A stretch of DNA of 63,928 bases, the filler included, from Calcarisporiella thermophila CBS 279.70 (taxonomy: Eukaryota; Fungi; Calcarisporiellomycota): assembly GCF_041956535.1 (NCBI RefSeq). It is 11 parts of 11 records of this genome, joined end to end, with 100 filler letters (N's around TTAATTAATTAA, not from the genome) between each part and the next. Parts side by side here need not be neighbours in the genome. Positions count along the whole stretch, not along the records: positions 31,135 to 56,709 come from NW_027192193.1; positions 56,810 to 60,100 come from NW_027192229.1; positions 60,201 to 62,687 come from NW_027192284.1; positions 62,788 to 63,928 come from NW_027192203.1; 7 more parts are not named here. One strand, given 5' to 3'. Below the pieces are notes generated by a model. It searched no databases, was not told where the DNA came from, and saw only the letters and a program-made list of their open reading frames with translations. Of this stretch, positions 53,137 through 63,928 are shown one piece after another. Position 1 is the stretch's first letter, and every line of letters starts with the position of its first letter. The position numbers were made by a program, and so were the translations under genes.

Positions 53137-54610
53137 ATAGAGGGTATTTTCTATTTTTTTTATTGTTTAGTCGTATTATAGAATTTAAAACTCATATCAA
53201 TCAATTCTGTCATATTCCATATTCTCTATGTTGGATTTAAATTATCCACTGTGAGCACGATTATTTAAAGTGGTTAAAATGCTCTTCATATATAGCTAAA
53301 TTGGTTTATTTTCAGTTTGTGGAAAATACAGAAAGAAAACCGAGGAGACTCCCAGTGCGAAATTTAATTTCCTAATCAATGGGTTAACTTAAATGTATAT
53401 AGGGGTATTATTTTCGGAACATTTTCTATGTATAACATTTCGTCAGGCTCCGTTTGAGAAGAAGTGGCCAATAGTAGAATAACGCTTCTATATAAACATC
53501 AACTCCTAGCTTATTGGCCGTTGGGGCAATATGTATATTCTAGTAAATACCAATTTCCTCTAGCGATGCTTCTTCGCGAGGAAAGATTTACTTTCCCTTG
53601 ACTTTGGCAACAAAATCGTTAGAATGAAGAGTCTCGTGAAGAATATTTACGAAAAAGGTCCTCTCCGATCAACTTGTTGCAAAGCTTTTGCGACCTGACT
53701 ACATTCTTGCATTACTCTGTCGCGATCTGCCGGAAAATCCTATTATCATATCTCTCCATGACGGCGTATATTTGACATCGTATTATATCAATACCATCTC
53801 AGAAAGCAATTACCACGTGAGGAGGAGTTTTCAACGAAAGTGGATATGTGTGCGCTATTGCTCAGAGTGATACGAGGAGTAAGATTAAAGATGTAAGAGA
53901 AAAGAAAAAAGTGCAAAGATGGAGAAATACACAGAATATCTCGTGAGTTACATATATCTTTGGGTACTGCGTTACTAGAGGAAAGTTCATCCATGTTTTA
54001 ACTGGTCGAAATTTTGTCTTTTCTCATATTTTTTCAGAGTAAATCCTGGAAAATTTCAAACTGCATGAACGTTTGATGAGCAATCATAGTAGGTTGTTAA
54101 ATATAAATAAGATATTTTTGTAATGATGATCTTTCGGGAGATCTGACCAATATATAAAATAGTATATAGGAATCTCGAGTCACTTCTGAGCTACTTTATC
54201 TTTATCCGAGTGATAACCACTGAATAGATAGTCACTAAACCATCTGTAACAAAACACCAAGTTACCTTCATCTTTTCTCTGGATTTGTGCTTGTAGAACC
54301 GGAAAAACGATTCCAGGGGACCATTCGTATATCGTAGTCCGATCAGAAAAAGTCAGAGCCTTGGGAGTTTGTTGAATCCGTCCGTCCTATCTCTTGTATA
54401 TTTATGGAATCTGATATTCAATATACCAACTACAGTTCTCGATATACTTGAATCTATTTTGTAAAGATGACGTATTTTGAATTTCTATGTATTTCCAATT
54501 ACTCGATTACGCCACCATGAAGCTTCGGTATATCTTTTAGACCGCGAGAGAACAACTTCTTGTTTAGAATTCTCGCTCTTCCATCCATTAATCACTTCCA
54601 TTAAGCAAAC

Positions 54611-55158
54611 ATGACCAACCCAAGCTCCTATCGTTTTAATCACACGATGCTTCGTGTGAAAAACCCGCAAGAATCGCTTGACTTCTACACACGAATTCTC
54701 GGAATGAAGCTGATTTCCCAGCATGATTTCCCGGAAGGCAAATTTTCTCTCTATTTCCTTGCTTATAGAAATGAACCACTTCCTGAATCTGAGGAAGAGA
54801 GGAGAAAGCTTGCCTTCAGTCTAGAGGGCGTTCTGGAACTCACGCAGTAAGTTTTGAAATGTTCAAACAAAAAGTAGGCATTTATTAATTACGCGTAATT
54901 GCATTAATTCTAATTAGCAACTGGGGAACTGAAAATGATGCAGAATTCAAATATCACTCGGGTAATGCTGAACCCAAGGGTTTCGGTCATATTTGTGTCG
55001 CTGTTGATGATATTGCGTCCGCGTGCAAGCGTTTCGAGGAACTCGGTGTCCGATTCCAAAAGCGCCTCGATCAAGGCAGCATGAGGAATATTGCTTTTAT
55101 TCTTGACCCTGATGGCTATTGGGTTGAACTCTTGGAAGTGGGAGGTCCCCAGCTCTAA
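54611..55158 (+). CDS. GLO1: glyoxalase I (lactoylglutathione lyase), single-domain, 158 aa
   Basis: [33 protein letters not shown]; intron 54847-54917. Confidence 0.93.
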
Positions 55159-56472
55159 TGTGGACGCGTTTCTGAGTGGATTCTTACATCCATCTTAATT
55201 TATTCCGTTTGATGTTAGTCTTCAATGTTCAATATATTGCTCGAAAGATCCTCTTAGAGGATAGCTGTGAGAAAAACTGAATGATTCTATTGTATCGCAT
55301 AAGTTATGAGCTACCACTTCAACAGCTTGGATTTAATGATGCGCTTGTAAACGCCTAATAATTTGTGCGAATGCCACATAATATCTAGGGGACAAACATA
55401 ACACTACGAAAAATTAAACACAAAACTACCAGAAATATATAAAAGTAAACAAAAAAAAAACTATAAAAGTAGAAATATTCTAGATTTAAATGGATGTCAT
55501 TATTTAACTCCTAACGGCAGAACGAGGATTTGATGCAATTAGTTGTGGTAGGTCAACTCTGTTTCCATGCAAATTACTAAATGCTATGTTTCCATTCAAA
55601 ATTAGACAAAAATAATTATCAATGATATGTGCACTTTTTATACCCTAATGACACAAATTAACATATCCACTTGATAATTTTTATCTGAAGGAAATAGAAA
55701 AGTAATCTTTTACTTCAAAATTCAGTATTCCTATAGGAGTCGAATTTCCACTGAGTTATCGCTACTTATTTTCGTAACCGCTTGGTAATGCTTGCTTACT
55801 GCTATACAAATGATAGTAGAATAAAATGCAAAGCAGTACTTTCATATTAAACTCTAATTCTTGCACGCTTTGGTTTTTTAAATATAGTGCACAAGTAATG
55901 GGAAATTCTCCATAACAAGATTGAAATATAAGGAGCGGAGCAATATAAATTAATTCATTAGGGTTTCTTTTTTTCTTCGAAGTTAAAAAGCGCCTCTTGG
56001 CTATCATTGACCTTGATTAGCACGAACTTTACTCACCTTGCTTGAATTGTGACAGCTCCTTCGTCTTTTCCCCTATCTGCAGTCACTGTCAGTTAGTTGC
56101 AAAAAGAGTCTCTAAATCTGCTAGTGTGTTGAGTGGGATTTCTCACCATGGGATTTCCACTTATATCATCAGTTTTAAGTGCTAGCCCTGTAATTTAGTT
56201 TGAACAAGTCATCTAGTCTGACTGGTACAGTATTTTTTCTTTCTGGCTGGATTGGATACCTGCCATTTATAAGGTAGGAGCTGTCGTTTACGGAAAGAAA
56301 GTGCGTTTTCTAATACTGAAGTTTTGGGTGAGATTGCTTTGCAATTTTTTATTAAAAGGAGTGTATTAAAATTATCCTTTTCAGAGCTAGTTAATCATGC
56401 TAATAATAAAAAAGAGAAGGAAAGAAGAGGAAAACAATGTGAGAATATTTTTTAGGTAAGGACATTAATTTG

Positions 56473-56700
56473 GCATTTTTTTTAACAAAGAACCTTTATT
56501 GAAAAGTATCCTATCCTGTTAAAAAGCCAGGGTAGCTTCTAGTTACGAAATTTATTTTTTTTCTCCCTTGGGCTGTATTTTTTTTTTATATCCACTTGAT
56601 GTTTTTTATCTGAAGGGCATGGAAGATTAGACTTCTACGTCAAAATCACCCAGGTACTGCCCTGGCCTCCCATTTTTTGTGGTTGGATTTCTCCTACGTT
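56473..56700 (-). mobile_element. two retroposon tails (S3-related)
   Basis: Reverse complement matches 58115-58183 and 59990-60100. Confidence 0.65.
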
Positions 56701-56829
56701 TATTTGTTTNNNNNNNNNNNNNNNNNNNNNNNNNNNNNNNNNNNNNNNNNNNNTTAATTAATTAANNNNNNNNNNNNNNNNNNNNNNNNNNNNNNNNNNN
56801 NNNNNNNNNCAAAAAAAAAAAACTGCCTT

Positions 56830-57455
56830 TGCATCGTCACCATCGCAGGGCCCCAGAATACTCCGGTGCTGACTGCTCGCAACCTCATTTTAGGAGACCT
56901 AACGGAATCCTCGAGAACAGCGAGACACGCAGCCCAAATTGTCTTTGACTCCGTGCTATGGCAAATCCACCGAGACCGAATTGCCTTCCATTTTGAAAGC
57001 ACCCGAGCCTCACCCGAAATAATCATCAACCGGGCCAGATTAGATATTGAGGAAGCTATAGGAGCCGAAATAATACGAGCAGGAAAAAAACAGCAAATCG
57101 AACAGTTCCGAAAAAGGTGGTGCAAACTGGGCGCGGTTAGAGAAGGAACGATCGAAGCGGCTCTAATACTGGGATAATGCAGTAACCCCTAATTTATCTC
57201 CTTCCTACCCTCTACTTCCTTTTTACCCTCCACCCCATCTCTCACGTCATTCTTTGATATACACAGCTAGTTGAGTCTCACCACTCCTCTACCTTTTGAG
57301 CCGAAATCCGGCATGACCACCATTTCAATTCGTTCTAAAATATCCCCTTAAGCTTCAACATTAGTTTCCTCTTCACTTTATTGCTTCTATTAATGTAACC
57401 ATTGTACTTTAGAGTCTTTACAAACAATAAAGACTCAACATTGATAAAAAAAAAA
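56830..57455 (+). mobile_element. 5'-truncated LINE 3' end with poly(A)
   Basis: LTARNLILGDL...WQIHRDRIAFHFE; 3' UTR like 1072-1336. Confidence 0.88.
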
Positions 57456-57483
57456 CTTTCTCGCAGTTTGCCTGCGCAAGCGT

Positions 57484-58183
57484 CCCCTTCTCTATTAAGC
57501 TAATTGCTCGATTCGGTGCTATGGCAAATCCATCGGGACCGAATCGCCTACCATTTCGAATGCACTCGAGCATCACCCGAGACAATCATCCTCCGTGCCA
57601 AAATGGACATCGAGGAGGCTATCGGAGGTGAACTGATAAAGGCACGTAAAAGACGAGAGATAGAGTTATTCCGAAGAAGGTGGTGCAGTCAGGGAGCGGT
57701 AATAGAAAGTTCGGATAGAGCAAGACTAAAACTGGAGTGACGAGGCAACCCTTCCTCTCTCCCAATCCGCTCTTTCCCTCCTCCCCTCCTCCCCTCCTCT
57801 TTACTTCATACCTTTCACCAAATACCCTATCACTATATACATCTAATTTACCCTTTATTCCTCTCTTTTTCTTATTTCATTGTAATCATTAAACTCTTGT
57901 AAGCTACGGAAACTAATAAAAGTCTCCGTTGATTGATCAAAAAAAAAAAAAACCTATTAAGCTAATTGCTGTTTCCATACTCTCCTAGCTCTCTCCTCAT
58001 CACCTTTTCTCTCTTACTCTTACACTTAAATCCTTTTCTTTCTTTCTTTCTTTTTCCTTCTATCCTCCAAATTCTGCAAGGTAGGCCAGGAGCATTACCT
58101 GGGTGATTTTGACGTAGAAGCTACCCTATCTTTTTAACAGGATAGGACACTTTTCAATAAAAGTCCTTTGTTAAAAAAAAAAA
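57484..58183 (+). mobile_element. poly(A) retro-tail with 15-bp TSD, interrupted by a nested LINE fragment
   Basis: tgcctgcgcaagcgt at 57469-57483 and 58184-58198. Confidence 0.8.
57509..57952 (+). mobile_element. nested 5'-truncated LINE with 17-bp TSD
   Basis: ctattaagctaattgct at 57492-57508 and 57954-57970. Confidence 0.92.
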
Positions 58184-58198
58184 TGCCTGCGCAAGCGT

Positions 58199-58239
58199 AT
58201 CCTCTCAGGCCTATTGGCTAAGATCAAGTGTAGTATCTG
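58199..58239 (+). pseudogene. 3'-truncated U2 snRNA retrocopy (41 nt)
   Basis: atcctctcaggcctattggctaagatcaagtgtagtatctg carries the conserved U2 5' region including branch-recognition GTAGTA; flanked by the 15-bp repeat. Confidence 0.88.
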
Positions 58240-58264
58240 CTGCCTGCGCAAGCGTGATTGTTCG

Positions 58265-58555
58265 TCGGGCTACTTTTTGGCTTAGGGATTCCGAAGCCGA
58301 ATCACTAGGTCGCGGGCTCGTTTCCTGCTGTCGACACTTGCCCGCGATAGTTTGCCGGATTTTTCTCAGGGCTCAATGGCTATCGATTTGGCAGCAAGCA
58401 AGCAATATCAAGCGGTCTACAAGACTAGGTAGCAAAAATATTTACGAGAACTACAAAAATGGAAAGCCAGAGACAGTACCTGGTGATTTTAACATAGAAG
58501 TCCACCCTTCCGCTTCCATTTCAGATTACAAATAGCCAGTAGACGTAATAAAATA
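58265..58555 (+). mobile_element. tRNA-headed SINE family S3 (diverged)
   Basis: Head folds gtcgg.../...tcgac with a degenerate T-arm; body homologous to 59840-60100. Confidence 0.65.
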
Positions 58556-58599
58556 CGCCCTGAAGGAGAATGAAAAAGTCCAGTGCGTGCGCTCAAAAA

Positions 58600-58990
58600 G
58601 AGAATGACCGCATGTTACTCCAGATGAAGGGGAGTGAAAGAAAGTCTCGATGAGGTGGTCTAGATGTCCAAGCGAACTAAAACATAGGGTGCTTCGATGT
58701 CGTATCCCGCAGCTAACATAAGCTAACTACGGCAATAAAGGCGTAACAGTTTGATCAGTCCAGCCCTAACTGCAAGTTATGCCGGGGGGAAGTGACAGAA
58801 ACCATAGATCACGCCGTCTTTGAATAGGCGAGATTTGGCGGTTCTGTAGGTTGCCGCTTCTCGCCTATTCAACAGGCTCCAGCAGAGAATCCTAGATAAA
58901 CTCATCCAGAAATGCGGGCAATTCTTCGTACACCGTGAGGGAACGCAAGGTAAAGGCCGATACGGCCCCATGCTCCTCTATGATACCATC
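58600..58990 (+). mobile_element. highly decayed LINE zf-RVT fragment (family of 22255-22800)
   Basis: PSELKHRVLRCRI and CKLCRGEVTETIDHAVFE*. Confidence 0.6.
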
Positions 58991-59540
58991 GTCTAGAGCA
59001 TTTGTAAGATCAGAAATGAAACCTAATGGATGAAACTCAACACCAAATAAACACAAAAAATATTGTTTGTTTCATTAAAATGTAAATAATCCAGTTTTAT
59101 TATTGCGCTTCTTCTTTGTAAATTTTTAGTCCCATTTTTCCCACCCCTCACTCTCCCTCTGTTGGTACATGTGGTGTTACAACCCTTTTCAGATGCATTT
59201 TGCCACTTGATAATTCTCTTCCCCCTATAACTGGAAACAGCTGAGAGAATTTTGTGCTCTAATGAGAACGAATACTTCTCATAAAAGTCTAAGATGTATT
59301 TACATCCCAAGGTACATCCAAGAAACCGTTCTCAGTTTTCTTAGTCTGCTGATTTTCACCAGACTATTACACGGGCATGCAAGGGTTAAAGAGTCATTCT
59401 GGTTCAATGGCTGGTGGGATCTAAACAGCACGATTTTTAACCACATCTCTTTTCTTCAAACAATTGCCGCGCTTTTTATATATTTGAAGCCGACTTCTAA
59501 ATGGATTAGCATGATGGTAATGGCTAGAAAAAAAAAAAGC

Positions 59541-59622
59541 TGACGAGAGTGGGATTCGAACCCACGCCTCCGAAGAGATCACGGCCTTAACGTGACGCCT
59601 TAGACCGCTCGGCCATCTCGCC
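59541..59622 (-). tRNA. tRNA-Leu(AAG)
   Basis: 82 nt; tcacg-ttAAGgc-cgtga; long variable arm; T-run terminator. Confidence 0.94.
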
Positions 59623-59713
59623 ATGTTGTTCGCACGTGATTTTTTGACTTCATGACTATATAAAATAACAAACCTCTCTTTTTCTTGCTGCCCCCTGCGC
59701 GAGCTTCTCCTCA

Positions 59714-59801
59714 GGGGCGGAGTAACTTAGTGGTAAATGCTCCTCGGTGCCATCCAGATGGCGCGGGTTCGAATCCCGTAACCCCCTCCAGCACAAAAAA
59801 A
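59714..59801 (+). mobile_element. short tRNA-derived retroposon S2 (tRNA-like + CCA + gcac + A-run)
   Basis: A-box taacttagtgg, B-box ggttcgaatcc; no proper anticodon arm; homologue at 2083-2157. Confidence 0.7.
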
Positions 59802-59839
59802 GTGTCTGGATTCTCCAGTAATTTTGTGTGCTTCTCCTC

Positions 59840-60100
59840 GAGCCGAATCACTAGGTTGCGGGTTCGATTCCCGTAGGCGACACCCGTCCATGAGGGTTTG
59901 CTGGGTTTTTCTCAGGACTCAACCGCTATCGATAGTATAGCAATAAGCAAGTAATATCAAGCGGCTACAAAAATAGGTAGCAAAAATCCTTAGGAGAAAT
60001 CCAACCCCAAAAAATGGGAGGCCAGGGACAGTACCTGGGTAAGTTTGACGTAGAAGTCTACCGCCCCATTTCCGTCAGATAAAAGTCATAAAGTGGATGT
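59840..60100 (+). mobile_element. SINE S3, 5'-truncated
   Basis: B-box ggttcgattccc; homologous to 58296-58530. Confidence 0.7.
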
Positions 60101-60200
60101 NNNNNNNNNNNNNNNNNNNNNNNNNNNNNNNNNNNNNNNNNNNNTTAATTAATTAANNNNNNNNNNNNNNNNNNNNNNNNNNNNNNNNNNNNNNNNNNNN

Positions 60201-62687
60201 GTCGGCCCTCGTCTGTGAGTACCGGGCACTTGTAGAGAGGTAGGGACAAGACCTCGGTCGCAGTCCAGTTTGGTGATGCTACTGGGCTACCTCCGAGCAT
60301 ACGCCACGTTCGGAACTGATTAAACCAGAACCCTCCTTTGCGTTTGAGCTTGGCAGTGGAGAACGTGGTGGCAAAGATGGCTGTACCGTAGCCTTCTGGA
60401 GCATACTTTCCTGTCAGGTTAAGAAGTGAGATGCTTGCCCAGAGGGATACCGTCGGGTCCAATGCTGGTTTCTTCATTTCTCTTGCGAGTTTGGGAAACC
60501 ATGATGCGAGTAAGGCAGTTGATTGTTGTCTAGGGAGAATGAGACCTAGGCCTCCCTCCTCTCGCGTTTTAGAAAGGAGGCTAAGACTGATCTGCGGGCC
60601 TCGTCCATCCCATAGAAATTGTCGTAGGATTGTGTCCAGTTCTTTGAAGAAATATTCAGGAGGGCGGATCACTGTGGCGACGTACCATATCCTGGATAGG
60701 AGTCGAGAGTTGATTAGGTGAACTTTCCCTGACAGGCTGAGTTTCCGGATTTTCCACGACTGTATCGTCTGCCTCAGTTTGGATAATTGGCTCGTGTAGT
60801 ATGCCTCACTTGGGTGTTCTGGCATAAGTGTGGGGTTGACTGCTGACGGAAGATAGATTGGGATGCCATGTAATTGCTCCCCCTACAGGTATGTATTCGC
60901 ATCCACGGTCGATGGAGGTGCGGGCTGCAGGTGTAAGTGCTACTGCCTCCGTTTTGTCGATGTTAATTTTTGCGTCGGCCGCTCGCGAGTAAGTGTCTAT
61001 GAGCTGGTAAAGGGTGGTGACATCTTGTTGGTCGGCCACTCCTACGGTCGGGTCATCTGCGTACGCGAGTGTCGTAATAGGCCGTGGGAGTCCTGGGAAA
61101 GCTATTCCCCGTATCTTGCTCCTGATTGCTGCAAGTAGGGGTTCAACAGTGATGTTGTAGAGATATGGAGAAAGGGGGTCGCCTTGTCTGACCCCTCTTG
61201 TGATTGGGAATGGAATTGTGAGCGTTCCACTTATGGACACCGAAGCTTGGTATCCATTGTGTAAGCGCCGGATGAAGGATCGGAATCTTGGACCGAAGTT
61301 GAATCTTTCCAGACATTGTTGCATCCATTGCCAGCTGACTCGGTCGTAGGCTTTCGCTTGGTCAAGAAACAGGAGTGTCCCTTTGCACTGATCTTTCGCT
61401 GCGTACTCTATTGTCTGGTGTATAGTCAGGGCGTTCTCCTGTGCCTGACGTCCCTGGACAAAGCCACATTGGTCAGGATGGATGATCGACGCGATAACAC
61501 TCTGTATCCTCCACGCGAGTATTCTCGTTAGGAGTTTAATTTCCACATTGAGGAGAGATATCGGTCGCCAATTGCTTAGCAGTTCGGCATCCCATTTTCT
61601 TTTATAGATTAGGACAATCGTTGCTTTCTTCGAGAAGTTTATAGGGCTGTTCGTTGTGAGGGCCTCATTGAAGAGCAGCTGAATCGTGGGGGCAAGCTCA
61701 TCTTCAAAGGCTCGGTAGAATTCCGCCGTAATTCCGTCCGGGCCGGGCGATTTGTTCTTTGGAGCCAGCCGAATGGCTCTCCTCACCTCTTCTTCGCTGA
61801 TAGGCTCTTCCAGTTTTTTGCGGGCTTCATTAGATAAAGTTTTGTCTACATGATTGAGGAGGGTGTTTTGGTCGGTTGTACTTGTGGGGTCCCCAGTATA
61901 GAGCTCCGTGTAGAAATTGGTGGCCATTCTGGCTATTTCGCTAGGGTCTTCAGTGCGGGTTCCATCCGCTCTTTTCAGCGAGGTCATCGCGTTGACTGCT
62001 CTCCTTCCCGCAATGCGGCGGTGGAAGTATGCTGTAGATTCCTCGCCCTGGTCGATCCAATTCAGGCGAGACCGAATGCGCAGTGCTTCAGTTCTTCTAT
62101 CGACATGTGCAGCAAGTTGGTTGCGGAGCCTCTCCAATTGGCCATGCGACTCTCTAGTCCATGGGCCTTCTTGGTATCTCTTGAGAGCCCTGTTAAGCTG
62201 CATTTCCTCCGTTCTATACCGGCGTTGTCTTTGCGCCGCGTAAGTGGTGGTGAGTGATTGGAATTCTTGTTTTGCAGCGTTCCAAAAGTGGCCCGTGGTC
62301 CTGAAGGTTTCGCGGGTTGTAAGCAGGTAGTGCCAATGGGCCTTGAGTGTGGCTGTGTAGAGTTCATCATCTGTAGCTGGAATTAAACCGCCATTGACCG
62401 TATCCAGATTTAGGAGCTGCAGCGTTCCTTATTTCTATCTGAATAGCCATGTGGTCATATGAAGATCCGGGGGGGTCAAGTAGGGTTACATCAGTTGTTT
62501 TTGATATGAGTGCTGTGCTGACTCAGAACAGGTCCAGTCGTGATCTCATTAGAGAGCTTCTCTGTGAGTATGTGAATTGGTCGCCTTTGGATGAGAAGTG
62601 CCTGTGGACGTCCGTAAGGGGGGCCGCAGACGTGATCATCCGAAGTCGATGTGAGGAGCCTCTGCGGCTTTGGGAGTTGGGAGCTGG
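60201..62687 (-). mobile_element. L1/Tx1-like LINE ORF2 (APE endonuclease C-terminus + RT), mildly decayed
   Basis: SRLDLF*..SYDH (APE), GQWRFN, RSRLNWIDQGEESTAYF, KSPGPDG, GVRQGDPLSP, YADD, LSLSGKVHLIN; one stop and at least two frameshifts. Confidence 0.95.
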
Positions 62688-62787
62688 NNNNNNNNNNNNN
62701 NNNNNNNNNNNNNNNNNNNNNNNNNNNNNNNTTAATTAATTAANNNNNNNNNNNNNNNNNNNNNNNNNNNNNNNNNNNNNNNNNNNN

Positions 62788-63928
62788 CTTGCCACAGGTG
62801 CTGAGGCAAACAGAAAAGAACCCCTTCCATTTAATAGAACGAATTGATCGGCGCCATATTCGGAACTTAACATCATGATCTTCCGCCGCCGGAGCCTTCG
62901 CATCATCAAAAAGCATATGAGCTTCATCAATGCAGCAGAGTAATTTGATTTCACTATTATCACTGCCATTGCCAAAGAGGTTGAATATAAAGCTATCATC
63001 GCAGAGCTTCGCTCTCAACGCTTCCCGCTCCACTTGGCCGTAGCTGTTTGTAGGGTATCCAATGATGCATATAATTAAATCATAGACTAGAAGATTAAGT
63101 GGGCAGAAAATCACACGAACCTCAAATATCTTCTCCAAACCACTTGCCAGAAATTCGTGCATGCTGTACGGTCACATATCTGCATCCGCCAAAACTCACT
63201 GGGACTCAGCCCACAGGCTTTGACCTCCTCGGCCGCAGCTAACATAATCATCGCGAATGGCTCTACCTCTGAAGCTCTGCCTATGGATGGATCATTTTTG
63301 CGATCCAGCAGAGAAAAAATGTAACCGGCTATAGGAGATGCAGGCGGATAGCCAGCCGAGCCTGATGTCCGATTACAGATATAGAGAGTGTGGATCTCGC
63401 TTGCGAGTTCAGCAATCATGCGCGTTTTACCATACCCCGAGCTCTGTACTATCGGTATAAACGGAATGATCTCTATTGTATCTTGTTCGTTTCTTTCACG
63501 GTGGCACCAATGTAGGTAGTTCTTAAAATGCGCCAATACATTGTGAGGATCCCGATACTGCACTTTGAATGCTTCATCGACTCGAAATACACCGTCATAA
63601 ACTGCAGCTCCGAGGCGTGTGCTGGTTGATCCCAATTGAGTTACAGCAGTATAGACAGTCAGGACGGCTAACAAGGAAAACAAGAATATTTTCAAAATAC
63701 CTTCTAACTGCTCCTTCTTTTTTTCCAATTCCTTCAGTTCAGCCTTTAGCACTACTAGTTGAGGCCTCAAATGCTCGGCTCCCTTATATATGATATTTTC
63801 AATTTTCCGGATCGCATCTGAAATAGGAAAAGAATGAGCGAAAACCAATAAGTAATCACAGTCATTCCATTTACCTCTATAATCCTCAATACTATCGTTC
63901 AAATCTTGAAGCTCATGCTCAAGATTAC
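62788..63928 (-). CDS. partial Crinkler-associated-type P-loop NTPase protein
   Basis: IPIVQSSGYGKTRMIAEL (Walker A), YICNR..GYPP, CCIDEAH (Walker B); both ends outside the contig/window; probable introns. Confidence 0.7.

Noticed and set aside
57469-57483. U6 snRNA (cctgcgcaag)
   Set aside because: Only a 10-nt match; no ACAGAGA box or other U6 sequence nearby.
59714-59790. Functional tRNA genes here, at 30620-30699 and at 58265-58337
   Set aside because: No canonical anticodon arm, followed by an A-run or SINE body rather than an oligo(T) terminator, and present as truncated copies elsewhere.

Overview
Intron-rich eukaryotic DNA, most likely an early-diverging fungus (inferred from gene content and ~60-110 nt GT-AG introns). 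The window is not one locus: about 11 contigs are joined by artificial N-TTAATTAATTAA-N linkers, so adjacency across linkers is meaningless. One long contig (31135-56709) holds ordinary genes: Kex1 carboxypeptidase, Atf1-type bZIP, D-2-hydroxyacid dehydrogenase, MetAP2, TBC Rab-GAP, PRP38-family protein, three tandem sulfotransferase-like genes and glyoxalase I. The other contigs are repeat-rich, with 4 tRNA genes, 2 5S rRNA genes, a Ty3/gypsy pol, solo LTRs, L1/Tx1-like LINE pieces, tRNA-derived SINEs, Tc1 relics, a CRN-like NTPase and a small secreted Cys-rich protein. The best novelty candidates are two. (1) An intact 9-exon, 1438-aa gene (15414-20586, minus) fusing a Ulp1/clan-CE protease to a large unassigned domain with a D-x-G-x-E / Y-xxx-K-E / R-x-E-x-R motif series, followed by two decayed copies of its own C-terminal module; this is a possible unrecognised mobile element. 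(2) Repeated same-site retroposition that builds head-to-tail arrays of LINE tails, SINEs and a U2 snRNA fragment separated by reiterated target-site duplications, often next to Pol III genes, with all families ending in an AATAAA-overlapping hairpin.
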